Below, one piece after another: positions 53,781 through 63,744 of a stretch of 64,000 nucleotides of DNA. The position numbers were made by a program, and so were the translations under genes. The number at the start of each line of letters is the position of its first letter. The stretch's first letter is position 1. The notes beneath the pieces were generated by a model that saw only the letters and a list, made by a program, of their open reading frames with translations, was not told the origin of the DNA and ran no database searches. This stretch comes from Callorhinchus milii (lineage: Eukaryota). Location: positions 107,944,001 to 108,008,000 of the forward strand of contig NW_024704743.1 in NCBI RefSeq assembly GCF_018977255.1, written 5' to 3'.

Positions 53781-54918
53781 AAAAGATCTGAGGTATGTAG
53801 TACATACAGGCTGCATTAAGAAGCAACATAATACAAACAAGCAATGCAAGCATTCAGACACTGTGTCAAGTGACCACAGACCCTGCTCAACCCCCCGAGG
53901 TGCAGGTTAGAATCAGTGCCAGCCAGAAATGAACAAGACTCAATTGCAGCTCTGGGGAAAACAGCAGAATGAAGTTTTTTTTTTTAGTTTTTTTTTGCTT
54001 AGTACTGAGCATTGCAGAATGGAACTTTTCCTTATTAGTAGTATTCTTACAATTTCATAGAGAGATATGGCATGGAAAAAGGCTGTTCAGTACAGCTAGT
54101 CCATGCCAGTGTTTATATTCTATAGGGGCCCCACGCCTCCTATTTCCCTCAGCTGTACTCCTTTATTTGCTTTCTTTCAAGTATGCATCAGTTTTCTCCT
54201 AAATACACTGATACATTCCGTGTTAGGATGAAAATGTGCCTGTTCTATTATAGCACAAGCTCCCACACACTGCCCCAAATAGAAGAGCAGCCCCTAACTT
54301 GACAAGCAGAAACATTTTCAAACAACACATACAGCCAATTATTATCACCTTATGGGGAAGTTTTGTGCAGTGTGTCCTGGCCTGAGGTGGTATCACTACA
54401 TCCAGTAGCTAAACAAGGCTTTCAATCCATCAGTCTTTTAACCGATATGGGCCCAATACGAACCTCAGCCCCTGAGGTGAAAACACAGTGTACTAAGACT
54501 GCCCAACCTGCCTCTGCCTTACTAACTTATACAATATTCATATACAGGGAAAATTTCTTGACAAAGACATCTAGAAGCAGCATGAAGCACATTGACTCTA
54601 AACTATGCTGCAATTACCAGTAGTGAAGCAACATCAAGCTACATGGTTCAGAAGTTCAATACATTTTCTGCACAACTATTAGGGACATCATTTCAGGAAG
54701 CAAGGTGTCACAGTGGATGGGGGTGTTCAAATCCTTTTAAGTTGTCTGCCTGTTTTTCCCTGCTGCAACTGGGTTTGTCAAATGAACAAAATATTCTTTT
54801 ATTCATGGCCTAAAACTCATTACCACCATACCACCAGACATGATGAATGAACACAGTCAGCACACAATAAATGCAATGCGTCAGTGATCAGGACCAAAGA
54901 CAACCAAGTCAGACAAAC

Positions 54919-54960
54919 CTTGGATTTCAGATTCCAGATCTAAGCTTTGAGATCCATAGG
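54919..54960 (-). CDS. ASPH: ASPH exon (A)YGSQSLDLESEIQ; 42 nt, phase 1/1
   Basis: ttattacttataacag|CC TAT ... CAA G|gtttgt; ACTAAT branch point about 30 nt upstream. Confidence 0.68.
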
Positions 54961-55070
54961 CTGTTATAAGTAATAAAATTGACATGCATTAGTTATGTTT
55001 GCCCTCAGCCACATTCGGTAGGCAATGTTAGAATTAAAAGATAGTTATGAAATGTTAGCACAATACAAAC

Positions 55071-55115
55071 CCCTCTGGCTATCTTTGTCTGTTTTTTCAG
55101 GAACAGGTAAGGCTT
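55071..55115 (-). CDS. ASPH: ASPH exon (E)ALPVPEKTDKDSQR; 45 nt, phase 1/1
   Basis: ttgttttgacag|AA GCC ... AGG G|gtttgt. Confidence 0.72.
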
Positions 55116-55968
55116 CTGTCAAAACAATGCAGTAAAACAGAGTCACAAAGCACACTGTGTACGCTGCAAACCAACTCTCGACAAGTGTACAAAATGTACA
55201 GAGTGATATCATCTTATTGTGGCTTGTTAGGGTGAGTTAGGATGGAAACAGGCTCACTGCAGGGACATTGGAAGTAGCAAACAAAACTAAATTTAGTGCA
55301 GGTAAGATTGGTAAATTAACAACTGTCTGCTCTCCAAATCCACTCCAACTTAAGAATATCAAACCTCATTGATCCAGAAAAATAAAACAATATTTAACTT
55401 ACAATGAAAATACAATTTAGAGATAAGGGAACTTCCATTTGTGTTGTGCATTATCACATTGAAACATCTCAAAATGCTTCACAAGTAACCGTTGCCTGTA
55501 ATGGCTTTTGTTTTGTAACACACACAACTTGCATTTATATAGCAGCCTTCAAGCGGGGTAGTGTCCTGGAGCGCTTGATAGTGGCAGAGGCAGGGGGTAT
55601 GTACAATCGAAAAGGAAGGTCTTTAGGCAGGATTTGAAAGTGGGGAGGAAGGGGGCAAGGCAGAAGGATTGAGTGAAAGAGTTCCAGAGCTTTGGGGTGT
55701 AGTGGCTGAAGGCACGGCCACCAATGGTGCTGCGGAGGATACGAGGGATGAACAGGAGGCCAGAGGCAACACAATCAAATGCTTATGGACTTGGGGAAGG
55801 GGGGTGGGGTGGGGGGGTAGAAATATGCTTCACTTGACATGTGGCTTCAGTGCAAGGTAGACCTCAGACTGCAATCTGAATAGGGAACTGGGGAAATTGA
55901 CAGCCAGGCTTCATACAGACTACTGATGAGGCAATTGCTGCGTCAACAGCTTAACAGAGCAAGCAAAC

Positions 55969-56010
55969 CTTGTACATCTTCATTCCCTGGAACATAGTCA
56001 GGCTCTTCAG
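55969..56010 (-). CDS. ASPH: ASPH acidic exon (A)EEPDYVPGNEDVQ; 42 nt, phase 1/1
   Basis: tttttccttcag|CT GAA ... CAA G|gtttgc. Confidence 0.8.
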
Positions 56011-56841
56011 CTGAAGGAAAAAAATAAAGCAGTTAAAATGCAGCAAGTGGCTGGTATTAATAAATAAATCATTTAAATATCAAATGTAAAAGTGCAAGTC
56101 TGTCAAATACTCAGTGGCTACATACATCACATTTTGCACTACTGAATCATACAGATCAGGGAGGCAATATCTATAAATGTATATAAATATATAAAGGTCA
56201 GGTATTCTGTTCTTGTGTCAGTATTGATCTAAGGTGGACAAATCTATTTTTACTAATTCAGACGTCACCCTTCCTCTATCCCTATTGTACCCCAAAGAAG
56301 CTCGTTTATATCAGCACAATCCTCTTTTAGGAAGCCCACATCCATGTCCTACTTGGTGACACACCACAAATACAATTGTTGCATTTGATATAGCGCCTTA
56401 TCTTGTCATCAAGACATTTCAAAGCGCTTCAGAGGATTTTACTGTGAAGTATAGTGAGTATGGGACGTCCTCCCGACGTGAAAGTCGCTCTATAAATGGA
56501 ATCTTGTTGTTGTTGTTGTTGTAGTAATTTGCAGGCAAACGCAACAGCTAATTTGTGCACAACAAATAGCTATGATCAATTTTATCTGGAGGATTGTTGG
56601 CCAGCACATCGGGAAAAAATTCCTTTTATTTTGGAATAGTGCCATGGAATCTTTAACAGGCAGACAGGACCTTGGTTCAATATCTCATCCAGCATCTCCT
56701 ACAATACAAAGCACCCGCAGCACTACATTGGAGAGTCAGCCTAGATTGTGCAAGTTCTGACATGTGACTTGAACACACAAAGTTGACCCAATTGGCCAGA
56801 ATGCTTCAACTCAGCCAGAGTGCCAGAAAAGCTGCATTAAC

Positions 56842-56868
56842 CTAGAGAATCCTGCCCTCCTGACTGCT
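56842..56868 (-). CDS. ASPH: Candidate ASPH microexon (E)QSGGQDSL; 27 nt, phase 1/1
   Basis: gtcttttctcag|AG CAG ... CTA G|gttaat; frame-preserving, with the same TCT CTA G ending as the 62604 exon. Confidence 0.55.
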   Translation of the reverse strand, partial: SSQEGRIL

Positions 56869-57039
56869 CTGAGAAAAGACTAACATTTTATTTCATAATT
56901 TTATAAAACATATCATTCTGTTGCCATTCAAATAATTATGGATTAAACTTATTGCAAAAAAAAATCAGGCCTGCAATGTCTCATGTAACCACCAGGTGGC
57001 ACGTGCCTATTTGAAGTTAGTTTTTGTCTGTCAATCATA

Positions 57040-57315
57040 ATAATAATCCTTGCATATGCATTTCCTTGCATTTGATATGGCGTTTTTTCATGTCTTCTCG
57101 ACGTCTCAAAGCGCTTCACTGAATAAACTGTAAAATGAATTGACTGTATATTTGTGGGCGAAACGCAGCAGCCAATTGCGCACAGCAGTGTCCCACAAGC
57201 AGTCGTGGATTGAAGTGACCAATTTATTACTTTTAAGGATTATTATCAGACGTGTGGAGTAAGGAAACTTGTCCAAGGTTTCGCCCTGCCTAGAATTGAA
57301 CCCAGATCTCTCACT
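57040..57315 (-). mobile_element. tRNA-derived SINE, 5'-truncated
   Basis: Family tail and body up to the B box. Confidence 0.85.
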
Positions 57316-57398
57316 ACATTTGCAATGTAAAAGTACCTTTACAGGAATTTTCAGATTGACAGTCACCCTTTTTACACTTTACGGAAACACATTCCTAC

Positions 57399-57443
57399 CA
57401 TAATATTCTTCTGTTGCATCCTCAGACACTGGAGCTTCATATT
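57399..57443 (-). CDS. ASPH: ASPH acidic exon (E)YEAPVSEDATEEYY; 45 nt, phase 1/1
   Basis: ttttactttag|AA TAT ... TAT G|gtagga. Confidence 0.82.
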
Positions 57444-57929
57444 CTAAAGTAAAATAAGATTTATTTTAAAGTTAACCAAATATGAGGGATTGATTAGATA
57501 TTTTATGGCAAAATATACATCCGGCCCATGCCCAGGGCTTTGTACACTGAGTAGCAGGATACAAGGATGCATATATCAGAACTCACATCACAGAAATCCC
57601 TCCATACCCACTCCCCAATGTCCCAGGAACTAGTTTATATTTTGCATTTTGCAATTGCTTTCTATTACAGTCATTTGCAAATTACTGCCTGAAACAGCAC
57701 AACTGCTTTCAGTTTGAGGCATCCAACACATTTAAAAGCTCCATAAAATGTTAATCATTTTCTCCATTTCATGACTTTCTATGTTCAGGAAGCGTTGGTG
57801 ATATCATGGAGGTGGCCTTATGACCCACAATTCAGACATCTTTTTTCATGCTCCATTACAATCAGAGTGCGAGATGCCTGCCCCAGACAAGCGCGATGTA
57901 TCAGGATGCATCTGAATGTCAGAACATAC

Positions 57930-57974
57930 CTTCAATGTATTTGTCACTGACAACCACCTCCTCTTCAGTTTCAC
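57930..57974 (-). CDS. ASPH: ASPH acidic exon (G)ETEEEVVVSDKYIE; 45 nt, phase 1/1
   Basis: cttttatctgcag|GT GAA ... GAA G|gtatgt. Confidence 0.85.
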
Positions 57975-59444
57975 CTGCAGATAAAAGACCAACACCATTT
58001 ATTAGTGGATTACAATCCTTAAAGTCTTTCTGTAACTTCATTGGAATATTTAGATGGAAATCGTAAATAGATGCACTACATACTCAGATTGTTGGCAAAT
58101 GAAGGATTTAAAGTTAAACAATACAAGACAAATTTACATGCATACAGCGCTTTTCATGTCAGGAGGACATCTATTTTTATCTGCGAACGAGAGTATCTAC
58201 AATTAAACTTTTATTTAAAAACTTCCTAAAAACCCATGTCACACTTTCCCTGAACCTTTAAGAAACACCCTAGCTCCCGAACTGCTGGGGCCAAGGAAAA
58301 CAACCAGTCAGCAATGTACAAAGGATTGAAGCCATATTATAATGCTGTGTGCTTTGTGCTCAATTTCCCTTTGGGAAAGGCAAACTTCTTCCTCAGGAGA
58401 TTAAAGTTGTTGGGCAGAGCATACGACACAGCAGACTGTACGTGTTCTGTGTAATGAATGAGCTTGGCAGGCGTATTGACTTACGTTTATTCCAAGCTTT
58501 CTTATTAAATCATCCCTTTACTTGAGATATTTGTGGCTGTTTTTGATTAGATTGCAAACACCATGATACAGCAAGCCCATCAGATGAATGCAGAAGTAAA
58601 TGGCAGTGTATGTTTATATAAGTGCCTTTGCGCATGAAAGAAACATCTTTACAGAAAGACGAATAAAGTCAGTGACAGCAGCTGAACGGCACCAACAACC
58701 GAAGATGACGATGAGACAAATAGCCAAAGAATTTGAACATTAATCCTATAATCTTGCCTTGATATAGCAGCATTCACGTCGGATGGGCATCTCAAAGTGC
58801 TTCACAGGATTTATGAAAAGTGTGGTGACTGTGTATTTTATGTCTTTTAAGGTTTGACTATAAAGCCAAGGTGAAATTTACCTAGGACTCAATACTTCAA
58901 TACAACTCTATAAAGCAATGATCAGATATTAGTCTACTGCAGAACAAGATTTCAGGTAAGCTGTTGACACATATCCATCTGCAGTTTTTATTCACTGTGA
59001 CTTTTCCATGTAATTGAGCAAATCTGGATTTTAGGATCACTGTTGATTCAGCTGAAACATGAGGACCTTGTTTTTAAACAAATAAAATAACTTTCACAAT
59101 CTAGTGCTGTGGATGCTGCGCAAATCTACTGACATTTACACTGAAAACTACACCTAAATGTTGCTATTCACAAATGGTAAGTTGCGTTTGCCTACAAAAT
59201 ATAGTCACTACACTACACTATTATTACACTTTACAGTACATCGGGTGAAGTGCTTTAAGACAGCCTCCTGACATGAAAAGCACTACTGTATATCAAATAC
59301 AAGTATTATTTATTACATTTGGAATTAATGATCTGGGCAGTCATCTCTGGAGGAAAACAAAGTGATAGACAAGTGTCTCATGTGTGACTGGCAGTAAAAG
59401 ATTCAGATTGAGCTGTGCAAATCTCACTGCTGATAAGGGGTATG

Positions 59445-59760
59445 TAATAATAATAATAATCCTTGCATTTGATATAGCGCTTTTCACATCGGGAGCCAAA
59501 GCGCTTCACAGAACACACTGTAAAGTGAATTGACTGTATATTTGTGGGCGAACGCGGCAGCCAATTGCGCACAGCAATGTCCCACAAACAGTCATAGATT
59601 GAAAATGACCAATTTACTTTTGTTTTTTTTGTTTTTGGAGGGATTCTTATTAGGCGTGTGGAGTAATGAAACTTGCCCAAGGTTTCGCCCTCTGCCTGGA
59701 ATTGAACTCAGGTCTCTCGCTTGCAAAGCGAGTGCTCTAACCACTGAGCTACAGGACTCC
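59445..59760 (-). mobile_element. tRNA-derived SINE, young subfamily
   Basis: Full head GGAGTCCTGTAGCTCAGTGGTTAGAGCACTCGC on the minus strand. Confidence 0.9.
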
Positions 59761-59993
59761 ATGTAGAGCAACAACAACAAAATTACACTTAGAGAGCGCC
59801 TTTCACGTCGGGAGGACGTCCCAAAGCACTGAATTGAACTGAGCAGTGGATTCATAGCATTTCAGCATTCATCTGAAGCTTTGTTCATAGAATTCAATAT
59901 ATTGAACAAGGGTACGACAGAGCCCAGCACCTGCTGTTACTTGCCACGTAAACCTTCAACTCAAATCTATTCACAATTAAAGCAAACTCAAAC

Positions 59994-60038
59994 CTTCGTA
60001 TGGCTCGTCCTTGTCTAGTAGTTGGTCTTCTCTCTCAC
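59994..60038 (-). CDS. ASPH: ASPH acidic exon (G)EREDQLLDKDEPYE; 45 nt, phase 1/1
   Basis: tttattttag|GT GAG ... GAA G|gtttga. Confidence 0.8.
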
Positions 60039-60550
60039 CTAAAATAAATTACATAGAACAACTTCGATTTATGTAGCGCCCCTCACACAGGGAAGCATCC
60101 CAGAGCGCTTGACAGTGGCGGAGCGTGAACATTGAGCCGGAGGGAGGTGACCGTAGGCATGGTCGAACGGAAGGTCTAGAGATGCGGCAGCATGGGGAAC
60201 AATTCAGAAATAAGTCATTTGGCCCAACTAGTCCGTGACAGTGTTTATACCCCACCTGACCTTTCCTAATCCTCTCTCCAGTACTATTCCCTTCTCCCTC
60301 ATGTACGCATCAAGTTTCTTCTTAAATATGTTAATACTTTCTGCTTCAATCACAGCCTCTGGCAGTGAGTTTCACATTCCCACTCGCTGCATGAAGAAAT
60401 TCCTCCTAAACTCCCTTTTAGAACTGATTAACTCCTTTCCTTATTATTAAATGAAATAACTACATTCATTAAACAATAACTGCCAACAGTTGATGGATGA
60501 TGGAGCTCAGAAACTGCTTTTCTACAATTAAGTTAGTATGAGAGTTTCAC

Positions 60551-60694
60551 CTTCACTCTCTCCTTGATCAAAGAAATCCTGTGCCATTTGATTGTAGAGG
60601 TCTGCATCCACCTGATCAGAGTCCTGCTCCTCCTCCTCCACTTGATCGGAATCATCCTTCTCCGTCTGAGATTCCGCTTCAATCTCATAATCCC
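60551..60694 (-). CDS. ASPH: ASPH acidic exon (G)DYEIEAESQTEKDDSDQVEEEEQDSDQVDADLYNQMAQDFFDQGESE; 144 nt, phase 1/1
   Basis: ctcttttcag|GG GAT ... GAA G|gtgaaa (ORF 60528..60761). Confidence 0.87.
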
Positions 60695-60759
60695 CTGAAA
60701 AGAGAGCAATAAATATAAAACAGAGAAGGGCACATTTAGAATACATCAGAATAAACAGC

Positions 60760-61490
60760 ACAGAAACAAACCATTTGGCCCAACTGGTCTATGTCGGTAT
60801 TTATGCTCCACACGAGCCTCCTCCTGCCCTTCCTCAACTAAGACTTCAAGCATAACCTTCTATTCCTTTCTCCCTCACGTACATATCTAGCTTTCCTTTA
60901 AATACATCTATGCTATCTGCCTCAACAACTCCTTGTGGTAGCATGTTCCACATTCCCACTACTCTGTGTGAAGAAATTTCTTCTAACTTCCCTATTTGAT
61001 ATATTTGTGACTTATTTTATATTGCTGGCCCCCAATTTGGGTCTCCCCACCAAGTGGAAACGTTTTCCCTATGTCTACCCTATCAAAACCTTTCATAATT
61101 TTAAAAACCACTATCAGGTCACCCCTTACCCTCCTCTTTTCAAGAGTAAAGAGTCCAAGCATGTACAGCCTTTCCTGATAGGTATAATCTCTCAGTTTTG
61201 GGATCATCTTTATGAATCTCTTTTGAATCTTCTCCAGTGCCTCGACATCCCTTCTATAATGTGGGACCAGAACTGCACACAGTATTCTAAGTGTGATCTA
61301 ACCAAGGTTCTCTAGAAGTTTACTATAACTTAGCTGGTTTTCATTTCTATCCCTCCAGAAATGAACCCCAATGCCTGGTTTACCTTTTTTTATGGCCTTA
61401 TTAACCTGCGTCGCTACTTTTAGTGAATTGTGTATGTGTACCCCAAAATCGGTTTGCTCCTCTACCCCATTTAGGTTTTTATTTTCTAGC
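60760..61490 (-). mobile_element. CR1-type LINE 3' fragment
   Basis: MIPKLRDYTYQERLYMLGLFTLEKRRVRGDLIVVFKIMKGFDRVD, a typical CR1 ORF2 C-terminus, followed by a 3'UTR ending GGCCAAATGG. Confidence 0.9.
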
Positions 61491-62603
61491 CCACAAAACA
61501 CAGTCAATCCACGTTACAGTATATTATGTGCAGTGTTTCAGACGTCTCAACGACTCGATGAGGCTCTGTGTCAAATGCAAGGATTATTATTATTATTCAG
61601 TATCCATCATTCTATATGTATAGCTGCAAATTTACCTGGAATTGTTTTTCCTTATTATAGCAACAAGTTGAATGTGTAGCAAAAAAAACACAATGTGTCC
61701 CTGTGTTAATTTCTCACCCAGTGATTTATCATCCGTTCATACTTCAGTTGTACACTTGAAGCAGAAGTTTAGCCACGATATTTCTTGTTTGACCAACACC
61801 TTCAAAGAGGTGACCATATATTGTTACAGTAAATGACAAACAAAAGTGGTTTCCCTCCTCTCACTTGTGCTGTCGGGTAAACACTGAATATGTGACACCC
61901 TCATTTACAGACCGGATGGTACTGTACTTCATCTGACCAGAGTGACTCCAGTTAACACTCTGAATTGGGTTTAGACTACAGGTTATTTGACATTCAAGGC
62001 ACAGTTGGAGAACATCAGTAATGATAGGTAACCACACCAAGGTTACAAAGGGAAGATCAACGTTTGACTAGCTGTAATATCAGACCAGAATCTCAAAGAG
62101 CTTTGCAAAATCCTCCTGATGTGAAAGCGGCTGTATAAATGTAAATTGTATTGTATTCACTTTCACAATGGAACTTTTTTTTGAGGCACATGGAAAAAAG
62201 CTTGTAACAAAGCTTATAGTAAAAACTGGGTGTGAGTTAATTACTGGCATAATTAAAGCAGACACACAGGGTCCTCAAGATTGAAAATGATGGGTAAAAC
62301 GTTCATCTATATTTTAGGCCAACACAAGTAACTGTTTTAGTTTTAAAAACACAATACAAATTTATATTTCTAAACCACCTTTCACGTCAGCAGGACATCC
62401 CAAAGTGCTTAACAGTACTGGCTGGAGCCAGTTGAACATAATAATACTTGCATTTGATATAGTGCCTTATCGCGTCTTCAAAACATCTCAAAGCATTTCA
62501 CAGAATATACTAAAAAATGAATTGACACTATATTTTGTGGGCGAAATACTATACTATAAATATCAAATTATACTATAATAAAAATATATAAACACACACA
62601 GAC

Positions 62604-62657
62604 CTAGAGATTCTTCTCGTTCAGAAACAACTTCTTCCGGCTCAAGTGTAGCTCCAT
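62604..62657 (-). CDS. ASPH: ASPH acidic exon (D)GATLEPEEVVSEREESL; 54 nt, phase 1/1
   Basis: gtcttttgtag|AT GGA ... CTA G|gtctgt. Confidence 0.82.
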   Translation of the reverse strand: MELHLSRKKLFLNEKNL

Positions 62658-62746
62658 CTACAAAAGACACAACAGGCGTATGTTAACACACTCAGTGCTG
62701 TGCAGTTTTTCACTACGTTAACAACTTGAGAAACAGGGCTACAGAC

Positions 62747-62794
62747 CTAAATCACCTTCGTTGTCAGCTTCATCCTCTTCCACCTCAGATTCTG
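62747..62794 (-). CDS. ASPH: ASPH acidic exon (A)ESEVEEDEADNEGDL; 48 nt, phase 1/1 (alternative in-frame donor at 62756, NAGNAG acceptor)
   Basis: ttttcccag|CA GAA ... TTA G|gtctgt; exact donor uncertain. Confidence 0.75.
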   Translation of the reverse strand, partial: QNLRWKRMKLTTKVI

Positions 62795-62877
62795 CTGGGA
62801 AAAAAAATCTTTCTATAATTTTAATGGTCTTTGGCCAGAGCTGGCAGCTAATACAGAGCAAATACAAGGCAAAGTAC

Positions 62878-62934
62878 CTGCAATCTCAGCTTCATCGTGA
62901 TCAGTGACTTCACTAACTTCCTCTTCAGAGTCTT
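62878..62934 (-). CDS. ASPH: ASPH acidic exon (E)DSEEEVSEVTDHDEAEIA; 57 nt, phase 1/1
   Basis: tttactttcag|AA GAC ... GCA G|gtactt. Confidence 0.83.
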
Positions 62935-63367
62935 CTGAAAGTAAACAGATACTCAGCGATGAACTGAGAGCCATGCTCAGTTGGCTTCCTTTGGACTCTT
63001 ATTAGATTGCATTAATATACAAAGAAAATTCCCCTCTTTAGGTCTTCTGTGCACGGCAGCATTCTCCAGCTGAGAAGGTGACTGAGCTTGTCACCTCTTT
63101 GAAGGTGTTGGTATAAGTTGCTCTAGATCGGACTGGAGATGTAGCCTGTGAAACTCACCCTTCTTTTGGTGTGGAGAAACAGAGCAGCCTGTGCCCAGCA
63201 CCTACTCGCGTAGGATGGACGAGTGGGACAGGCAGAGGGTGGAGGAAGGAAAGAAAGACGTACAAATCCACATCCTATCACTCTGTCAACGCTGTGCCAC
63301 TGAGCACTCATGTGTCACTCAAGTCAATTGGGTACAATATGCATCAAGAACACTGTGTAGTACAAAC

Positions 63368-63424
63368 CTAGGATCTCTGCTGGTTCAGGCAGTGTTTCCT
63401 CTTCCACTTCATCCTTGGATTCCC
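63368..63424 (-). CDS. ASPH: ASPH acidic exon (G)ESKDEVEEETLPEPAEIL; 57 nt, phase 1/1
   Basis: tcacttacag|GG GAA ... CTA G|gtttgt. Confidence 0.83.
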   Translation of the reverse strand, partial: GNPRMKWKRKHCLNQQRS

Positions 63425-63508
63425 CTGTAAGTGATGCACACTCTTATTAAGCCTGATCATATAACGTCCACTCAAAACAAATGCTGCAGTCTTCCCTCGC
63501 TCACTAAC

Positions 63509-63562
63509 CTGCAGCTTCTGCATGTTCAGTGACTGGCTCCTCTTCCACCTCTTCAGGTTCAG
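63509..63562 (-). CDS. ASPH: ASPH acidic exon (A)EPEEVEEEPVTEHAEAA; 54 nt, phase 1/1
   Basis: ttttttgcag|CT GAA ... GCA G|gttagt. Confidence 0.85.
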
Positions 63563-63659
63563 CTGCAAAAAAAACACCCATGTGAAGGAGCAACCTCACA
63601 AACACAGTTTATGTTAAAAAAAATACAGGATTAAATTTGGATCTGTGCAAAGGACATAC

Positions 63660-63716
63660 CTGGAGGTATGTCAGCTACTTCAGACTCAGCTTCTTGCTCT
63701 TCATGTTCAACCTCAT
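63660..63716 (-). CDS. ASPH: ASPH acidic exon (D)EVEHEEQEAESEVADIPP; 57 nt, phase 1/1
   Basis: aatcaacag|AT GAG ... CCA G|gtatgt. Confidence 0.82.
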
Positions 63717-63744
63717 CTGTTGATTCAGAGCAAAATCACCATTA

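Larger units (their letters stand above)
61792..63112. repeat. Perfect 23-bp inverted repeat (arms 61792-61814 and 63090-63112)
   Basis: ACCAACACCTTCAAAGAGGTGAC versus GTCACCTCTTTGAAGGTGTTGGT, an exact reverse complement. Confidence 0.95.
507..63716 (-). other. ASPH: ASPH gene, partial: 28 coding exons in the window; 5' (TM) exons and the last catalytic exons lie outside
   Basis: Spliced translation gives ...KKKKPKLLNKFDKTIKAELDAAEKLRKK-GKTEEALKAF...YPQSPRAKYGKGQ-SEDDLAEK...RQQFL-GH...-VLALAPNDGFAKVHYGFILK...-EGLESEDPGTDDGRFYFHLGDALQR...-AYKWYELGHQRGHFASVWQRSLYNVNGLKAQPWW...-TLERNWKTIRDEG...FTLWQQG, collinear with vertebrate ASPH as I recall it. All exon phases are compatible. Confidence 0.97.

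Noticed and set aside
58882..58907. CTAG|gtaaat donor with an upstream AG
   Set aside because: Both candidate acceptors give in-frame stops.
63159..63188. Possible 30-nt exon with G|gtgagt donor
   Set aside because: There is no pyrimidine tract next to the AG, and the peptide (CSVSPHQKK) is unlike its neighbours; insufficient support.
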